Assembly: GCA_032718475.1 (NCBI GenBank) | Contig: JAUCBJ010002226.1 | Location: forward strand, 1-57,404 | Length of the DNA: 57,404 nucleotides | Direction of reading: 5' to 3' | Source: Nemertoderma westbladi | Lineage: Eukaryota > Animalia > Xenacoelomorpha | Shown here: positions 23,281 to 37,680 of the stretch, piece by piece | Layout of the letters: each line of letters opens with the position of its first letter | Numbering within the stretch: the stretch's first letter is position 1 | The notes under the pieces: model-generated | What the model saw: only the letters and a program-made list of their open reading frames with translations | Database searches by the model: none | What the model was told of the DNA's origin: nothing | Made by a program: the position numbers and the translations under genes

Positions 23281-23518
23281 CTGAAATATAAGTGCGATAT
23301 ATATATAAGAAAAGTATTCGCGTGAAAAACTATAAAACAAATAAAATTAAGTTTTAAAAAAAATCCAAGCACAAGGGAGGATTTTATTAGAGACGAGAAC
23401 TGTAATCTTATATTTAAAAAAAGTTAAAAAATTGAAATATTTGATTGAAAGAAAATGGGTCATTTCCTCGTATAATGAATAATTATTATTCTCCGATAAT
23501 CCCTACATATGCCGCTGT

Positions 23519-25935
23519 TCAGTGTGGTGGACATTGCTTGCCTGTGCAGCAGTGTGGTGGACATTGCTCGCCTGTGCAGCAGTGTGGTGGACATTGCTCT
23601 CCTGTGCAGCAGTGTGGTGGACATTGCTCGCCTGTGCAGCAGTGTGGAGGACATTGCTCGCATGTGCAGCAGTGTGTACATTGCTCTCCTGTGCAGAAGT
23701 GTGGTGGACATTGCTCGCCTGTGCAGCAGTTTGGTGGACATTGCTCGCCTGTGCAGTAGTGTGGTGGACATTGCTCGCCTGTGCAGCAGTGTGGTGGACA
23801 TTGCTCGCGTGTGCAGCAGTATGGTGGACATTGCTCGCCTGTGCAGCAGTGTGGTGGGCATTGTTCGCCTGTGCAGCATTGTTGTGGACATTGCTCGCCT
23901 GTGCAGCAGTGTGGTGGACATTGCTCGCCTGTGCAGCAGTGTGGTGGACATTGCTCGCCTGTGCAGTAGTGTGGTGGACATTGCTCGCCTGTGCAGCAGT
24001 GTGGAGGACATTGCTCGCCTGTGCAGCTGTGTGTACATTGCTCTCCTGTGCAGCAGTTTGGTGGACATTGCTCGCCTGTGCAGCAGTTTGGTGGACATTG
24101 CTCGCCTGTGCAGCAGTATGGTGGACATTGCTCGCCTGTGCAGCAGTGTGGTGGATATTGATCTCACCGTGCAGCAGTGTGGTGGACATTGCTCGCCTGT
24201 GCAGCAGTGTGGTGGACATTGCTCGTCTGTGCAGCAGTGTGGTGGACATTGCTCGCCTGTGCAGCAGTGTGGTGGGCATTGCTCGGCTGTGCAGTAGTGT
24301 GGTGGACATTGCAGGCCTGTGCAGCAGTGTGGTGGACATTGCTCGCCTGTGCAGTAGTGTGGTGGACATTGCTCGCCTGTACAGTAGTGTGGTGGACATT
24401 GCTCGCCAGTGCAGCAGTGTGGTGAACATTGCTCGCCTGTGCAGTAATGTGGTGGCATTGCTCGCCTGTGCAGCAGTGTGGTGGACATTGCTCGCCTGTG
24501 CAGAAGTGTGGTGGACATTGCTCGCCTGTGCAGTAGTATGGTGGACATTGCTCGCCTGTGCAGCAGTGTGGTGGATATTGCTCGGCTGGGCAGCAGTGTC
24601 GTGGATATTGCTCGCCTGTGCAGCAGTGTGGTGGACATTGCTCGCCTGTGCAGCAGTGTGGTGGGCATTGCTCGGCTGTGCAGTAGTGTGGTGGACATTG
24701 CTCGCCTGTGCAGAAGTGTGGTGGACATTGCTCGCCTGTGCAGAAGTGTGGTGGACATTGCTCGCCTGTACAGTAGTATGGTGGACATTGCTCGCCTGTG
24801 CAGCAGTGTGGTGGATATTGCTCGCCTGTGCAGCAGTGTCGTGGATATTGCTCGCCTGTGCAGCAGTGTGGTGGACATTGCTCGCCTGTGCCGCAGTGTG
24901 GTGGGCATTGCTCGGCTGTGCAGTAGTGTGGTGGACATTGCTCGTCTGTGCAGCAGTGTGGTGAATATTTTTCGCCTGTGCAGCAGTGTGGTGGACATTA
25001 CTCGCCTGTGCAGCAGTGTGGTGGACATTGCTAGCCTGTGCAGCAGTGTGGTGTGCATTGCTCGGCTGTGCAGTAGTGTGGTGGGCATTGCTCGGCTGTG
25101 CAGTAGTGTGGTGGACATTGCTCGCCTGTGCCTCAGTGTGGTGGACATTGCTCGCCTGTGCAGCAGTGTGGTGGACATTGCTCGCCTGTGCAGCAGTGCG
25201 TCTCCATCTGTTCGGTCGGGCTAAACCCACAATACGGTACTCCTACCCGCCGCCAAATAGAAACTAAATGAATTCCCACCCGCCGTAAAATATCACCCTC
25301 ATCTCCATAAAAAGTTCTACATCCTTCTCTACCTCTACAGAGTCACGGTACATAATATTTAAATTTTCTAATAAATATATTAAATAAACTATAAACAGTA
25401 ACAGTGTGGTAGTGCAGCAGTGTGGTGGGCATTGCTCGGCTGTGCAGTAGTGTGGTGGACATTGCTCGCCTGTGCAGAAGTGTGGTGGACATTGCTTGCC
25501 TGTGCAGTAGTATGGTGGACATTGCTCGCCTGTGCAGCAGTGTGGTGGATATTGCTCGCCTGTGCAGCAGTGTCGTGGATATTGCTCGCCTGTTCAGCAG
25601 TGTGGTGGACATTGCTCGCCTGTGCAGCAGTGTGGTGGGCATTGCTCGGCTGTGCAGTAGTGTGGTGGACATTGCTCGTCTGTGCAGCAGTGTGGTGAAT
25701 ATTTTTCGCCTGTGCAGCAGTGTGGTGGACATTACTCGCCTGTGCAGCAGTGTGGTGGACATTGCTAGCCTGTGCAGCAGTGTGGTGGGCATTGCTCGGC
25801 TGTGCAGTAGTGTGGTGGGCATTGCTCGGCTGTGCAGTAGTGTGGTGGACATTGCTCTCACCGTGCAGCAGTGTGGTGGACATTGCTCGCCTGTGCAGCA
25901 GTGTGGTGGACATTGCTCGCCTGTGCAGCAGTGCG
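23519..25935. repeat. 30 bp minisatellite in the UBR3 intron, in two blocks (23519-25200, 25405-25935)
   Basis: Unit gtgtggtggacattgctcgcctgtgcagca; accounts for all the long repetitive ORFs here. Confidence 0.97.
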
Positions 25936-26147
25936 TCTCCATCTGTTCGGTCGGGCTAAACCCACAATACGGTACTCCTACCCGCCGCCAAATAGAAACT
26001 AAATGAATTCCCACCCGCCGTAAAATATCACCCTCATCTCCAAAAAAAGTTCTACATTCTTCTCTACCTCTACAGAGTCACGGTACATAATATTTAAATT
26101 TTCTAATAAATATATTAAATAAACTATAAACAGTAACAGTGTGGTAC
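25198..26147. repeat. Direct duplication of a ~210 bp unique segment plus adjacent minisatellite (offset 735 bp)
   Basis: tctccatctgttcggtcgggctaaaccc... occurs at 25201 and 25936. Confidence 0.9.
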
Positions 26148-27075
26148 AGTGTAGTACTACATACAGTATAAGAATACAGTATTAGATTTATTATTAGTTG
26201 TATACAAGATATACAGTATTAGTATAAAAACAGTAGATAGTTGTTTTAAATAGCCATAAAAACTAAATGAATATAAAATTATCATTTAATGATCGCAAAT
26301 TGATGGAATTTGAATTTTCAAACATCAATCGAAAACAGTATTAAAAAAAAAGGTCTTTACGAAAAAGATTTATCAATATTTATAATCAATTTGTGAAAAA
26401 AAAATTTTCCGTCGTAAACCGTTATAGTTTTAGAAAAATATCGCGCATGCAGAACTGTACGATTTGATCTCGGACTTACCTGTCCTCGATTAAAAGGGAT
26501 AAGTCACGAACGGGATATTATCTCGATGAACTATTTTCAGATTTGAAATCTACATTAAATTTTTGATCTAGAATCGGTGAAATAATAAACATACAGGTAA
26601 CACACGGGTAAATAACATGTCGAGGGCAGATTTATACAATTCCCCGTCGTTTTAAAATATATTTTGATTTGAAGACGATTTGATTAAATATGTATATTCT
26701 ATATGGAGCTTCACGTGCTTCGCGCTGTCTATATAGGAGCGTCGATATCGTGACCATAGAGGAGAGCAAGAACTACAGATACAGAGGTGAAACAAATCAC
26801 ACATCAGCTAAATAATAATATTTGAATGTTTTCTTTGGTGTTGTTCTGCCTCTTTGAAAAATAACAAAAAAAAACATTTATATTATATTCTGACAGTCAG
26901 CCCTATTTATTAAAATTACTCGTTGTATCTTCTCAGACCTCTCTGTAAGGAATCTGAGGCAAATGAGGTAGTTTTTCGCGTTGTTCTGTTTCTATGGTTA
27001 CGATATTTTTGATTTATGTAACTAAATGACGCATTATAATGTAAGTCAACTCTATAAAGGTTTAGGTCGATATAC

Positions 27076-28755
27076 CTTAACGTAATGCCCAAGACACATT
27101 GCCCAAAACCGAAGCAACGGTGAGTGGAAACAAAGGATATCCTTATTGATTAAATCTCCACACCGGTAATTAACGTCACAAAAGAACTTATAGATATATC
27201 CAATAGAGTCCTTCATAACTGCGAGTAGAAGATGTTTACCCTCGACGTCACTAAGGTGGTCTAACAACGCCCATTGTGGGAGCGAACAGGCCTCGAACTC
27301 GAGTAGAAAAGAGGTGAAATACGTGGAGATTTCGTACTCGATGTGGGTGTGGAGTTCACGGATGTTCACGTTCATACCGGTCATTAGCGACAACAAGTGG
27401 AACCAACAGCGTCTGAGTTCGGCGCTGGTGAGCAGCGTGATAGCGACCTCGCGATGCGATAGTAGGTTCGCGAAATCGCTCACCAAAGGCCAGAAACTGT
27501 GGTTCTTTATGTGGGGATTGCGGCAGTCGACCACGAGATGAGTGGCGTCTCGGTTCAACTGGCAGACAGCGCTCGTCGCTTCCAGCATACAATACAACGA
27601 CGTTACCATTATATGTAGGAGAGATTCGTTGTTGACGAGGTTCGCTGCGACTATCTCGTTACTGAAGAGTTGCACGCTCATGTGAACAATCCGAGAGGTC
27701 AAACCGTCGACATCTTCGGAGCGCTGGAGGATGTCACTGATGAATATGTAATGGTGGACGAAAGCGCGGGAAAATATGTCTTTATATCCCTCATCGGGAA
27801 GCAAGGAGAGCAATAAAGTGACTAACTTCTCGGGGAATGCGTACTGGAAAGTCCAGAAAACAATTTCGTCTACCGGAGTTTTGTGTTCAATCTGTAAACG
27901 GACCTGGGTAGGGGATCCCGGTAGAAAAGAGTTTAAAGGAGGGAAAGTTAACTTATTAATGAAAGATTCGTAGATCATTTGACTTCGGCTGAATGTTGTA
28001 AGTCTAGAGTTTTCATCATTGTTTTCGACTTCCACGACATCCCGACACTTGGAGATTAGATTCTCGTAGGCCGTTTCATCCCTCATAGATTTACTCAGAA
28101 TATTTATTATCGGGGAACCGTGTTGACATAATTCCTGGAACATATCCATCAACAGGTCGCCCTCGGCTAGTGCCGATGGGGATGAGGTCCAATTGTCTCG
28201 CGATTGGTCTCGGCTGTTCCTTAGGAACAATAGAAGCGATTGAACAACCCAGGGGATGACTCGAGATGCGAAGGACAACACGTCCTTGGGGCAGTTATCC
28301 ACGGGGGCCTTTCCGGGGCCGTGCTTCGGGCAGAAACCTTTCTCCTGCATCACCATCCCGTCGCCACAGTCGCACGCGCCTCCTGATTGGCTGCGGAACA
28401 TGTTGAAGTCGTGGCCCTCGTGATTCCCGGCTAGGAAGCACTCGGCGCAGAGAGACATACACGGAGAGACGCCGCAGGTGCGGCAACGGTACGCCACAAA
28501 GTTGGAGTGCCACACGAACCCGCACTTTTGCGACTCATCGTATTTGCTAACTGTCTCCTGGAACTCTTGAGGAGTTAAACCTCCGGCGATTAGCCATCGG
28601 ATCCATTCCAGGCTTTCCGTCGAAGTCGGGTCGAATATCTCATCTAAAAACTTAGTTAGTTGCTCGTATCCCACCGCCACGCACTCCGCTTTCAATCCCA
28701 ACACAAATGCTTTCTTTTGCTGTCGAAAATGTTTTAACCGGTGTCCATACGCCAT
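27076..28755 (-). CDS. ubr3: E3 ubiquitin ligase UBR3-like, coding exon 1 (spliced product ~1783 aa)
   Basis: UBR box CGFVWHSNFVAYRCRTCGVSPCMSLCAECF...HEGHDFNMFRSQSGGACDCGD...FCPKH; RIVHMSVQLFSN; no ClpS-like insert evident. Donor AAG|gtatat at 27075 is phase 0, matching exon 2. Possible 5' UTR intron at 28767-28876. Confidence 0.9.
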
Positions 28756-29679
28756 ATCAAATTATTCTGTAATTCTATGTTACTAAATTGCAGTATGATT
28801 AAAGAAATACAGAAATATGAAATAAATACCGACGGCACAGATCCAGCCCAGTGTAGGTAAACACAAACAAACTTACTCCCTCGACTCTCTGCCTCGAGTC
28901 TCTAGCTACCGTACGCGCTCTTGCTGGGTTTATAGGTTATTGATAAGTGTTTCATGTAGACGATTAATGTATTTTCTCGTACAGGTATTATTAAATTTAA
29001 AAAGTTTCATTCAGTTTCTTTCTTCAATTGGTTAGGCCTAATTGGTATAGGCCTAGGCAAGGCATAATACAGTAATAAATAAATAGGACACACAAAATAC
29101 TCTACAGTAGGTATCAGGGTATAGATAGATAGGAAGATCTGAAGAGGGTGCTGGCTGGCTGGTCACCTCGCCGCACTGCCACTTCGCCTTCGCCGCAGGT
29201 CACCTCGCCGCAGATAATGTGCGGCGAGGTGTCTCACTGTGAATGCCAATTCGCCGCAAATTATCGGACACCTCGCCGCAAGGCAATATTAATCATTTAT
29301 TTCTAAATTTACACAGGGAAGCCTAGTTATGGCAGTATGGCATTGGACATTATGTATTATAAAATAAAATAAAATAATACGGTCAGACGGTAAGGTTTGT
29401 TGATTTCAAACACTGTAGCCTACTCTTCTCTTCAACTACAACCAAGAACTACAACAGGATTTACTCCTGTAATTAAATTAAATTACTACCGGTACTCACT
29501 ACTCCTGATGCTGATGCTGCCTTACTCAATGTTAAATAAATTAATGTTCTGGAATATTTATGACGTAAGTAGATATCACTTCACCAACATAAAACGAATA
29601 TTGGATATTGAGTTATGTTTATTTTATTATTATGTTTTATTGTTATTTATTGTTGTTTAACTATTAATAATTAAATTGT

Positions 29680-29947
29680 AAAATATTTTTTATGAAATTT
29701 CTTAATTTTCATTATACATGCGTTGTGTTGAAAAAGCATCGAAGTATGTAGAAAAAGGTTGCACGTATAATTTCAGCAAAATCCATGCACACATTACACA
29801 CTCAAAATTTATTACAACTTTAGTGTCTGCAAGAGTCGAACTGGGCAAGACTTAGCGACGTAAGACGCCTTTTTCTACTTCGATGCTTTTTCAACACAAC
29901 GCATGTACAGTATAATGAAAATTAAGAAATTTCATAAAAAATATTTT
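29680..29947. mobile_element. MITE-like inverted repeat, ~67 bp arms
   Basis: 29680-29746 is the reverse complement of 29876-29947, apart from a 5 bp insertion in the right arm. Confidence 0.8.
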
Positions 29948-31735
29948 CACATTTTTAAATTGAAAAATCTGGCCACCCCAGTCCTGCAGTAAGGATTTAA
30001 TGGATGTCGAACTATCATCATGCGGCGAAATTTCGAATCATCTTTCGAATCATCGAGAAATTTGAAAAAGGAGTAGCCCCCCCCCCCCCCCCCCCCCCCC
30101 TCCATACGCTGCACCTCCAAGTTATTCAAAATTTTCAAATGTGTTTATAAGGGCAAATAAAGGTGTATCGGATATCTTCTTGGCCAACACCTTTTCGCCA
30201 AAACTACAGGCCGAACTCAACGATGAAACTTATACATATGTACAGTAATCATGCAACTTACTGATAAGGTGTGAGGCGAGCCAATAAGTTTAGGTGAGTC
30301 TTTTTTAGCGGTATAATTAGTGAACCGCGTCTGTCGTCTTGTCTTTTGAAATATTTGAACGCTAATACTGTAAGTCGGTAATCATTGATGAAAAGGAACC
30401 AAACTTGGTAAACATGTACTAGTCCTGGTAGTCTATTAAAAGCTTAGTAATTCTACACACAGACATACTTATATAGTTCCTATGTTAGCCGCTAGGGGGA
30501 GAATTATAAGACACACTGTAGAAATAGCTATAATTATCATCCCAATGGCTTAATGGCTCTGCCAAATAGCTCTGTCATATTGATCAGTGATGAAATGTGT
30601 CTGATTTGTTAATTTATAATAAATATCAAACGATATGGCCCGACCCTATATGATATATACAGTAGGTAGGTATAATACGTCTTTGAATTGGTGCTTATAC
30701 ACACACACTTTTGACTTTGAGTTATATACTTTGTCGTATAGTATAGAATTCAATATAGTTTGTCGTATAGAATTAAACAATCACATACAATCCGAAAGAT
30801 CGGGAGGTATGGGGAATCTGCCCGAGAAAAGCAATCCTGCCTTTATACATCTTTATACATAACGCTATTGTGATTATTAATGGGGATGGGGGGGGGGGAG
30901 GGGGGGGGGGGGGTAATGCTCTCTCGCTAAAAATTTCAGAAATTTGTTTTTTATTCTACTGTAGATCAGAATTTAATGGGGATTTCTAATCTGAAAACGG
31001 CTTACTGTAGATCTCTTTTAGTTCTGTCTGCCAATCTGTCTGTCAAAATGCAAGACAGTCAGACAGACAACCGAGAGAGGGACAGACTAAATTTTCACCA
31101 AATATTAAAACTGACAATAAATTAAAAAATGAAATCAGCGACCCCGAAAATACCCATAAATATAATTTTAGCACGGTGGTGGGCTTCCTTCGTGTCAGAC
31201 ACTAATAACTATATTGGTAAATGTGTTATTGGTAGGCCTGCTGTTTATTTTATGGACCTCCGTCTGGATTAAAGATTATAATTATAATAATAATAATAAC
31301 CAACCAGACCCCATACAGGTAGTTTTGCGCGGGAGGTGAACTTTGAAAGCGATTATCTAAGAATGACATTTTCTCGCACGAAAAATACTACTCCTCAATT
31401 TCTTAACCGTTTCTTGCAATTTTTGCTTTATATGAAAGGTAATTTCAAAAGTTTCAAAATTTCACGCAGTTTTCTTAATTTGATAATATTTCCCCATTTT
31501 TTTTAATGTAAATTACAAAAAAAACATGGGTGTTTCAGTTTTTAAAAAATTGAAACGGTTAGTTCGAAAAGGTCCTATCTGCAAAAAATCAATCAAAGGA
31601 AAACGAAAAAAAAACTGTTTATTTACATAAAAATCAATCCATTGACAGTAATTCTCTCTAAGGTGAAAAAGTTTATTAATAAACAATATAGGCCTACTGT
31701 TCGGTATACAGATGTACCCAGTATAAGGGATAGTT

Positions 31736-32411
31736 CTTTTTACAGAACACAGCAGAACACAGTAGAACACAGCAGAACACAATAGAATACAGGCGGAACA
31801 TAGGCGAACACAGCTGTAATTAAAGTCTACACCAAAAAATAACACACTTGGGAAAGTACCGGACTTAATCATACAACTGTAAGATGTCAATTACATATTT
31901 AAATTAAATGGCGGTTTTCCATATCCTCCAAAATAAATTACCTGATCAGCGTTGCCCGATCAGCTGTTCGGTTAGGCCTGTACCTGTTACTAGTCCAGCA
32001 GTCTGCCTGTCAGCCTGTTCCAGTACTGCAGTAGGCCTAGTGCTGTAGAGACATGTACAGGCTAACAGACTGTACATTGTACAGACAGACAGATGTAGGC
32101 ATTTACCGGGCACAGTGTAGAGTATATTACTAATGTACTGATGTAGGCCTACTCAGCTACCGGTACTGTACCTCTGTAGAACTAACCAACTCTCCATGGT
32201 TACAGGATAATGAGAAGTAATTTATTTTGGAGGATATGGAAAACCGCCATTTAAATTAAATATGTAATTGACATCTTACAGTTGTATGATTAAATCCGGT
32301 ACTTTCCTAAGTGTGTTATTTTTTGGTGTAGATTTTAATTACAGCTGTGTTCGCCTATGTTCCGCCTGTATTCTATTGTGTTCTGCTGTGTTCTACTGTG
32401 TTCTGTAAAAA
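31736..32411. mobile_element. Foldback element, ~200 bp near-perfect inverted arms with ~275 bp spacer
   Basis: 31736-31941 vs 32216-32411; arm ends carry (cagaacacag)n subrepeats. Confidence 0.88.
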
Positions 32412-33500
32412 GATATATCCCACCAGTATAAAGGCTTACGTTCCGCAACTATACAGTCCGCTGCGCTCCACTCAGCCCTCTGACAGGATGGCATTTATCG
32501 GGCAGGATTTCCCATACCTCCCGACTTTTTATATGGGATTCTTTTAATTAACATGGAACAATCAAAGCTTCACTTAAATGTAACATTAATTAATTAATTT
32601 GAGAAAACTTAACATATTTTCGAAAACATCTTCGATTCAATCTGGATTGAACTTCCCTTAAAATAAATTTATTCATAACAGTTTTACAAATTAGTAAAAA
32701 TTGTAAACTAGTAAATATCACAAAATATCCTACATTATATACATTTATTATATTTGATAATATTATACTATATATATTTAGTAGGTCATGACCTACTACT
32801 ATATATAGTAGGACATGGGTTTGATAATAATAATAACTAAATAGAAAATGAGGGGGAGACTTTAATAGCAAACAAAATTCATCTGTTCTATAGTTTCTGG
32901 ATTTCGGTTAGAAAAACGTGCTACTGTAACCTGCTCCTTTCCCTCAATTGATATTTTAACATTGAAACAATATAATATAAGATTGAATACCCCCCCGGTA
33001 ACACATCGGCGAAAGTCTCCTCTCTTAGTAGAAGGCCCAGGTTGAGTTTGGTTGTCAAATACTGTATCTCAGATGTTTCTCAACGATATTCAAAACATTT
33101 TGGAATTCTGGTACACTAAGTCCACTGTTCGTTCTATCGAACCACACATCGAGAAAACACTTTACAACAAGAAGATTGGTCTAAGGACTTCGTGTATAAA
33201 GATTAAGGAGTGTGAGAGTAAATTAGGGAGTGTGGGCGCATAAAAATAATGATTTTCGGCACTACTGTATATTCCATCATGAGATAGGGGGCCTAGTGTG
33301 TGTATGTGGCATACTAGGTTAGTTTTGTCTATAGTCCGTGGCTATCGCTCCATTCACACTGCAGTAATGTGTGTTAGTGTTCCCTGAATTACCACTAAAT
33401 GGATATGATAATCTAATGAATAGCACATTATCTCTGGTCCATAGAGTTCCTATAAAAGTTACCAGTCAATATAGCGACGGCAAAATATGTTTTGTGTTTT

Positions 33501-33513
33501 GTCACTTAGCAAC
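33501..33513. promoter_or_regulatory. Candidate RFX X-box about 1 kb upstream of THEG gene 2
   Basis: GTCACTTAGCAAC resembles the RFX palindrome GTNRCY-N-RGYAAC; fits a cilia/sperm gene. Confidence 0.4.
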
Positions 33514-34520
33514 GAAATGTTAATTACGCTCACATATTATATAATATTAAGATGCATAAGATTTATTGATAAATTAAATTTGTTCCATCAACTTTAATTC
33601 AAGATTTTAATTTAATTAAAATAAATTCTTAACATCACAATATTTTCGGACTCCATTTGAATAACATAATTTCAACTGTTAACTAAATAATAGGTTTATA
33701 AGAACATTAACTGTCATTTTTGGCCAATTCTTCTTCAGATTTTGGATTTAATCCTGCAGAAATAAATTTAGGTTATTTATTTATTTAATAAATATTACAT
33801 CAAATATGACAATGGATACAGTACAGTTTACTGTGTAGTAGTGACAACATTCTAGAAACTTGAACAGTTCGCGTTTTGTGAGAAGTAGTGATTCTCTGCT
33901 ATCATCAAGATCATTAGCTATCAAAATTTTAAAAATTGACGGTTTCCATTATTCAACGATTTTCTTAGCATTCAGTTATCTTTGTACGGATGTACAGTAA
34001 TACATTTATATGGCTAATACTTATATTTTCTGAATAGATCACGTAGAAATGCTGCCAAAAAATTACTTTGCGTAATTAGATCACTTCATTGATATCTCGG
34101 GTTAATTAATGATGACATCCGATGACATATCAATCAGGTATAAACGAATTACAATGTAGAATATAAGAAATATAATAGGCCTACTAGAAAAAACATAAAC
34201 AAACATTAATTAAAAATAACAATGTTATACCAAGAGTCTATAATAGTACAACGATCTCAGAGCCTAATTTATTAAATGTGTGAATGTTGTGTAAATGTGT
34301 GAATTTTATGTCCGGCCTATATATTTACAATGCGAATAAAAAGCTGACCTTTTTCTTGTTGTTTATACAATATTATTATTCTCAGATTCATTAGTGTGGT
34401 TAGATCTACTTATTTACTACTACTTTATTCAAATGTTTATTTGTACCCTACAACCCTACAGTAGAATTTAGTATCTCTAATTATATCAAATTATAATACC
34501 TGCTTTAATTAAAGTGTACC

Positions 34521-34721
34521 ATGTCAGTTCGAATTAAAGAACTAGCCAGACCCAAGACTCCGCACCCAGACTATGAGTACGACCGAGATCTACCCATAGA
34601 GACAGATGCCAGGGCTAGAAGCGCCTCCTGTAGCCACAGAACGGAACAGTTAGCTATACCGAAACAAAGACAAGACAATTGCTACAAGAGCCCTTATTGG
34701 AAACCACCTAATCACCACAGG
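34521..34721 (+). CDS. THEG-repeat protein gene 2, first visible coding exon
   Basis: MSVRIKELARPKTPHPDY...ASCSHRTEQLAIPK; strong donor AGG|gtaagt at 34722, phase 0. Confidence 0.72.
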
Positions 34722-36570
34722 GTAAGTACGGGACCCTTTATTGGGAGGCAGTTAAACACCATGGGGTTAAGGAAGGGAGCCCTTATTGGAGGCCAGTTAA
34801 ACACCATTGGGTCAGTACGGCACCCTTATTGGGAGCCAGTTAAACACCATTGGGTTAGTACGGCAGCCCTTATTGGAAGCCAGTTAAACACCATTGGGTC
34901 AGTACGGCACCCTTATTGGGAGCCAGTTAAACACCATTGGGTCAGTACGGCAGCCCTTATTGGAGGCCAGTTAAACACCATTGGGTCAGTACGGCACCCT
35001 TATTGGGAGCCAGTTAAACACCATTGGGTCAGTACGGCACCCTTATTGGAAGCCAGTTAAACACCATTGGGTTAGTACGGCAGCCCTTATTGGAGGCCAG
35101 TTAAACACCATTGGGTCAGTACGGCACCCTTATTGGGAGCCAGTTAAACACCATTGGGTTAGTACGGCAGCCCTTATTGGAGGCCAGTTAAACACCATTG
35201 GGTCAGTACGGCACCCTTATTGGGAGCCAGTTAAACACCATTGGGTTAGTACGGCAGCCCTTATTGGAGGCCAGTTAAACACCATTGGGTCAGTACGGCA
35301 CCCTTATTGGGAGCCAGTTAAACACCATTGGGTTAGTACGGCAGCCCTTATTGGAGGCCAGTTAAACACCATTGGGTCAGTACGGCACCCTTATTGGGAG
35401 CCAGTTAAACACCATTGGGTCAGTACGGCACCCTTATTGGAAGCCAGTTAAACACCATTGGGTTAGTAGGGCAGCCCTTATTGGGAGCCAGTTAAACACC
35501 ATTGGGTTAGTAGGGCAGCCCTTATTGGGAGCCAGTTAAACACCATTGGGTTAGTAGGGCAGCCCTTATTGGGAGCCAGTTAAACACCATTGGGTCAGTA
35601 CGGCAGCCCTTATTGGGAGCCAGTTAAACACCATTGGGTTAGTAGGGCAGCCCTTATTGGGAGCCAGTTAAACACCATTGGGTCAGTACGGCAGCCCTTA
35701 TTGGGAGCCAGTTAAACACCATTGGGTTAGTACGGCAGCCCTTTTTGGGAGCCAGTTAAACACCATTGGGTTAGTAGGGCAGCCCTTATTGGGAGCCAGT
35801 TAAATACCATTGGGTTAGTAAGGCAGCCCTTATTGGGAGCCAGTTAAACACCATTGGGTTAGTACGGCAGCCCTTATAGGGAGCCAGTTAAACACCATTG
35901 GGTTAGTAGGGCAGCCCTTATTGGGAGCCAGTTAAACACCATTGGGTTAGTAGGGCAGCCCTTATTGGGAGCCAGTTAAACACCATTGGGTTAGTAGGGC
36001 AGCCCTTATTGGGAGCCAGTTAAACACCATTGGGTTAGTACGGCAGCCCTTATTGGGAGCCAGTTAAACACCATTGGGTTAGTAGGGCAGCCCTTATTGG
36101 GAGCCAGTTAAACACCATTGGGTTAGTAGGGCAGCCCTTATTGGGAGCCAGTTAAACACCATTGGGTTAGTACGGCACCCTTATTGGGAGCCAGTTAAAC
36201 ACCATTGGGTTAGTAAGGCAGCCCTTATTGGGAGCCAGTTAAACACCATTGGGTTAGTAGGGCAGCCCTTATTGGGAGCCAGTTAAACACCATTGGGTTA
36301 GTAGGGCAGCCCTTATTGGGAGCCAGTTAAACACCATTGGGTCAGTACGGCAGCCCTTATTGGGGGCCAGTTAAACACCATTGGGTTAGTAGGGCAGCCC
36401 TTATTGGGAGCCAGTTAAACACCATTGGGTTAGTCGGGCAGCCCTTATTGGGAGCCAGTTAAACACCATTGGGTTAGTAGGGCAGCCCTTATTGGGAGCC
36501 AGTTAAACACCATTGGGTTAGTAGGGCAGCCCTTATTGGGAGCCAGTTAAACACCGTTGGGTTAGTACGG
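34690..36570. repeat. 42-45 bp tandem array, ~42 copies
   Basis: Unit gcagcccttattgggagccagttaaacaccattgggttagtagg; the left part is an 87 bp dimer (45+42). Confidence 0.97.
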
Positions 36571-37680
36571 AGACTGTTATGGAGCCTGTTGCAGGGGTAT
36601 ACACCTGTACACTGTAATACTGTAATTAATTATTTATCAACACAATTATCAATTAATTATATATCAGTCAATCAATCGGTTGGGTGAAATCTAACCAAGC
36701 TAGGTACACATGTGGTTTGGAAAAGTTTATAAATATATATATATTTGCGTGGGGCTTTCAGGACGAGCGCAACAAGGCTAATGAAGGAAACGAGTTGACT
36801 ATACTCGTAAACACATTGGACGGTATGTCATTTTGATCAGTACCGGTGGTGGAATGTTTTATGCTAGTTATTTTGGAGACCAGATGTACAGAACGAGTGC
36901 AACGAGGGTTGTAATGAAGACGAGCCTGTGTTGACTATACCCCTTAATAACGACTATTGTATAGTAATAGTTATAATACATACATGTAATGTACAGTAGT
37001 AGTTATAATAGACTTACTCGTAAACCACATGGTTTATAATATTGGACGCTATGTCATTTTGTCCAATACTGACTGATAATGGAATGTTGTAAGGTATTTA
37101 TTTGGTGACCAGGTTGCACAGGACGAACGCAATTAGTTTTGCAGTCGATAAGAGTAGCCATCATCTCCCAAAAATCAGCAGTTACTAGCGTAGTTTCAAG
37201 ACTTTGCATAGTTATAAAGATCGTCAGTCTGCGCTTAAGAAAACAAATTTGGGACAAAACAGGATGAGCGTAACGAGTCTAGTAAAGGAGAGGAGTATTG
37301 TAAAACTAAAAATGTCATACTAAACTTGAATAGGCCTAGTTAGTAGGTTTACAAATGACAGTTAAAGCGTGTAAGGGCAATTGTTGAGAAAGTAAACAAT
37401 TGTTGAGATATTGAATAAAAGGTAAAACTAAAAATGTCATACTTAACATAAATAGCCCTAGTTAGTAGATTTACAAATGACAGTTAAAAAGCGTGTAAGG
37501 GCAAACTGAAATGGACCTCTTTTTTACAACCAGTTTAACACAAACTGAAAGCATCGCTCATGGCTATTTCGGGAAATACGGTATTCGTACATATCTATCT
37601 AATAGAGATTAGTAGTTTCTATGTGGGCTCTCGTGCTGCGCGAAGGCGTCACTAATCGTTAACAATCATTTGGGAATTAT

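Noticed and set aside
23445-26014. Many 170-575 aa ORFs on both strands
   Set aside because: Translations of a stop-free 30 bp minisatellite inside the UBR3 intron.
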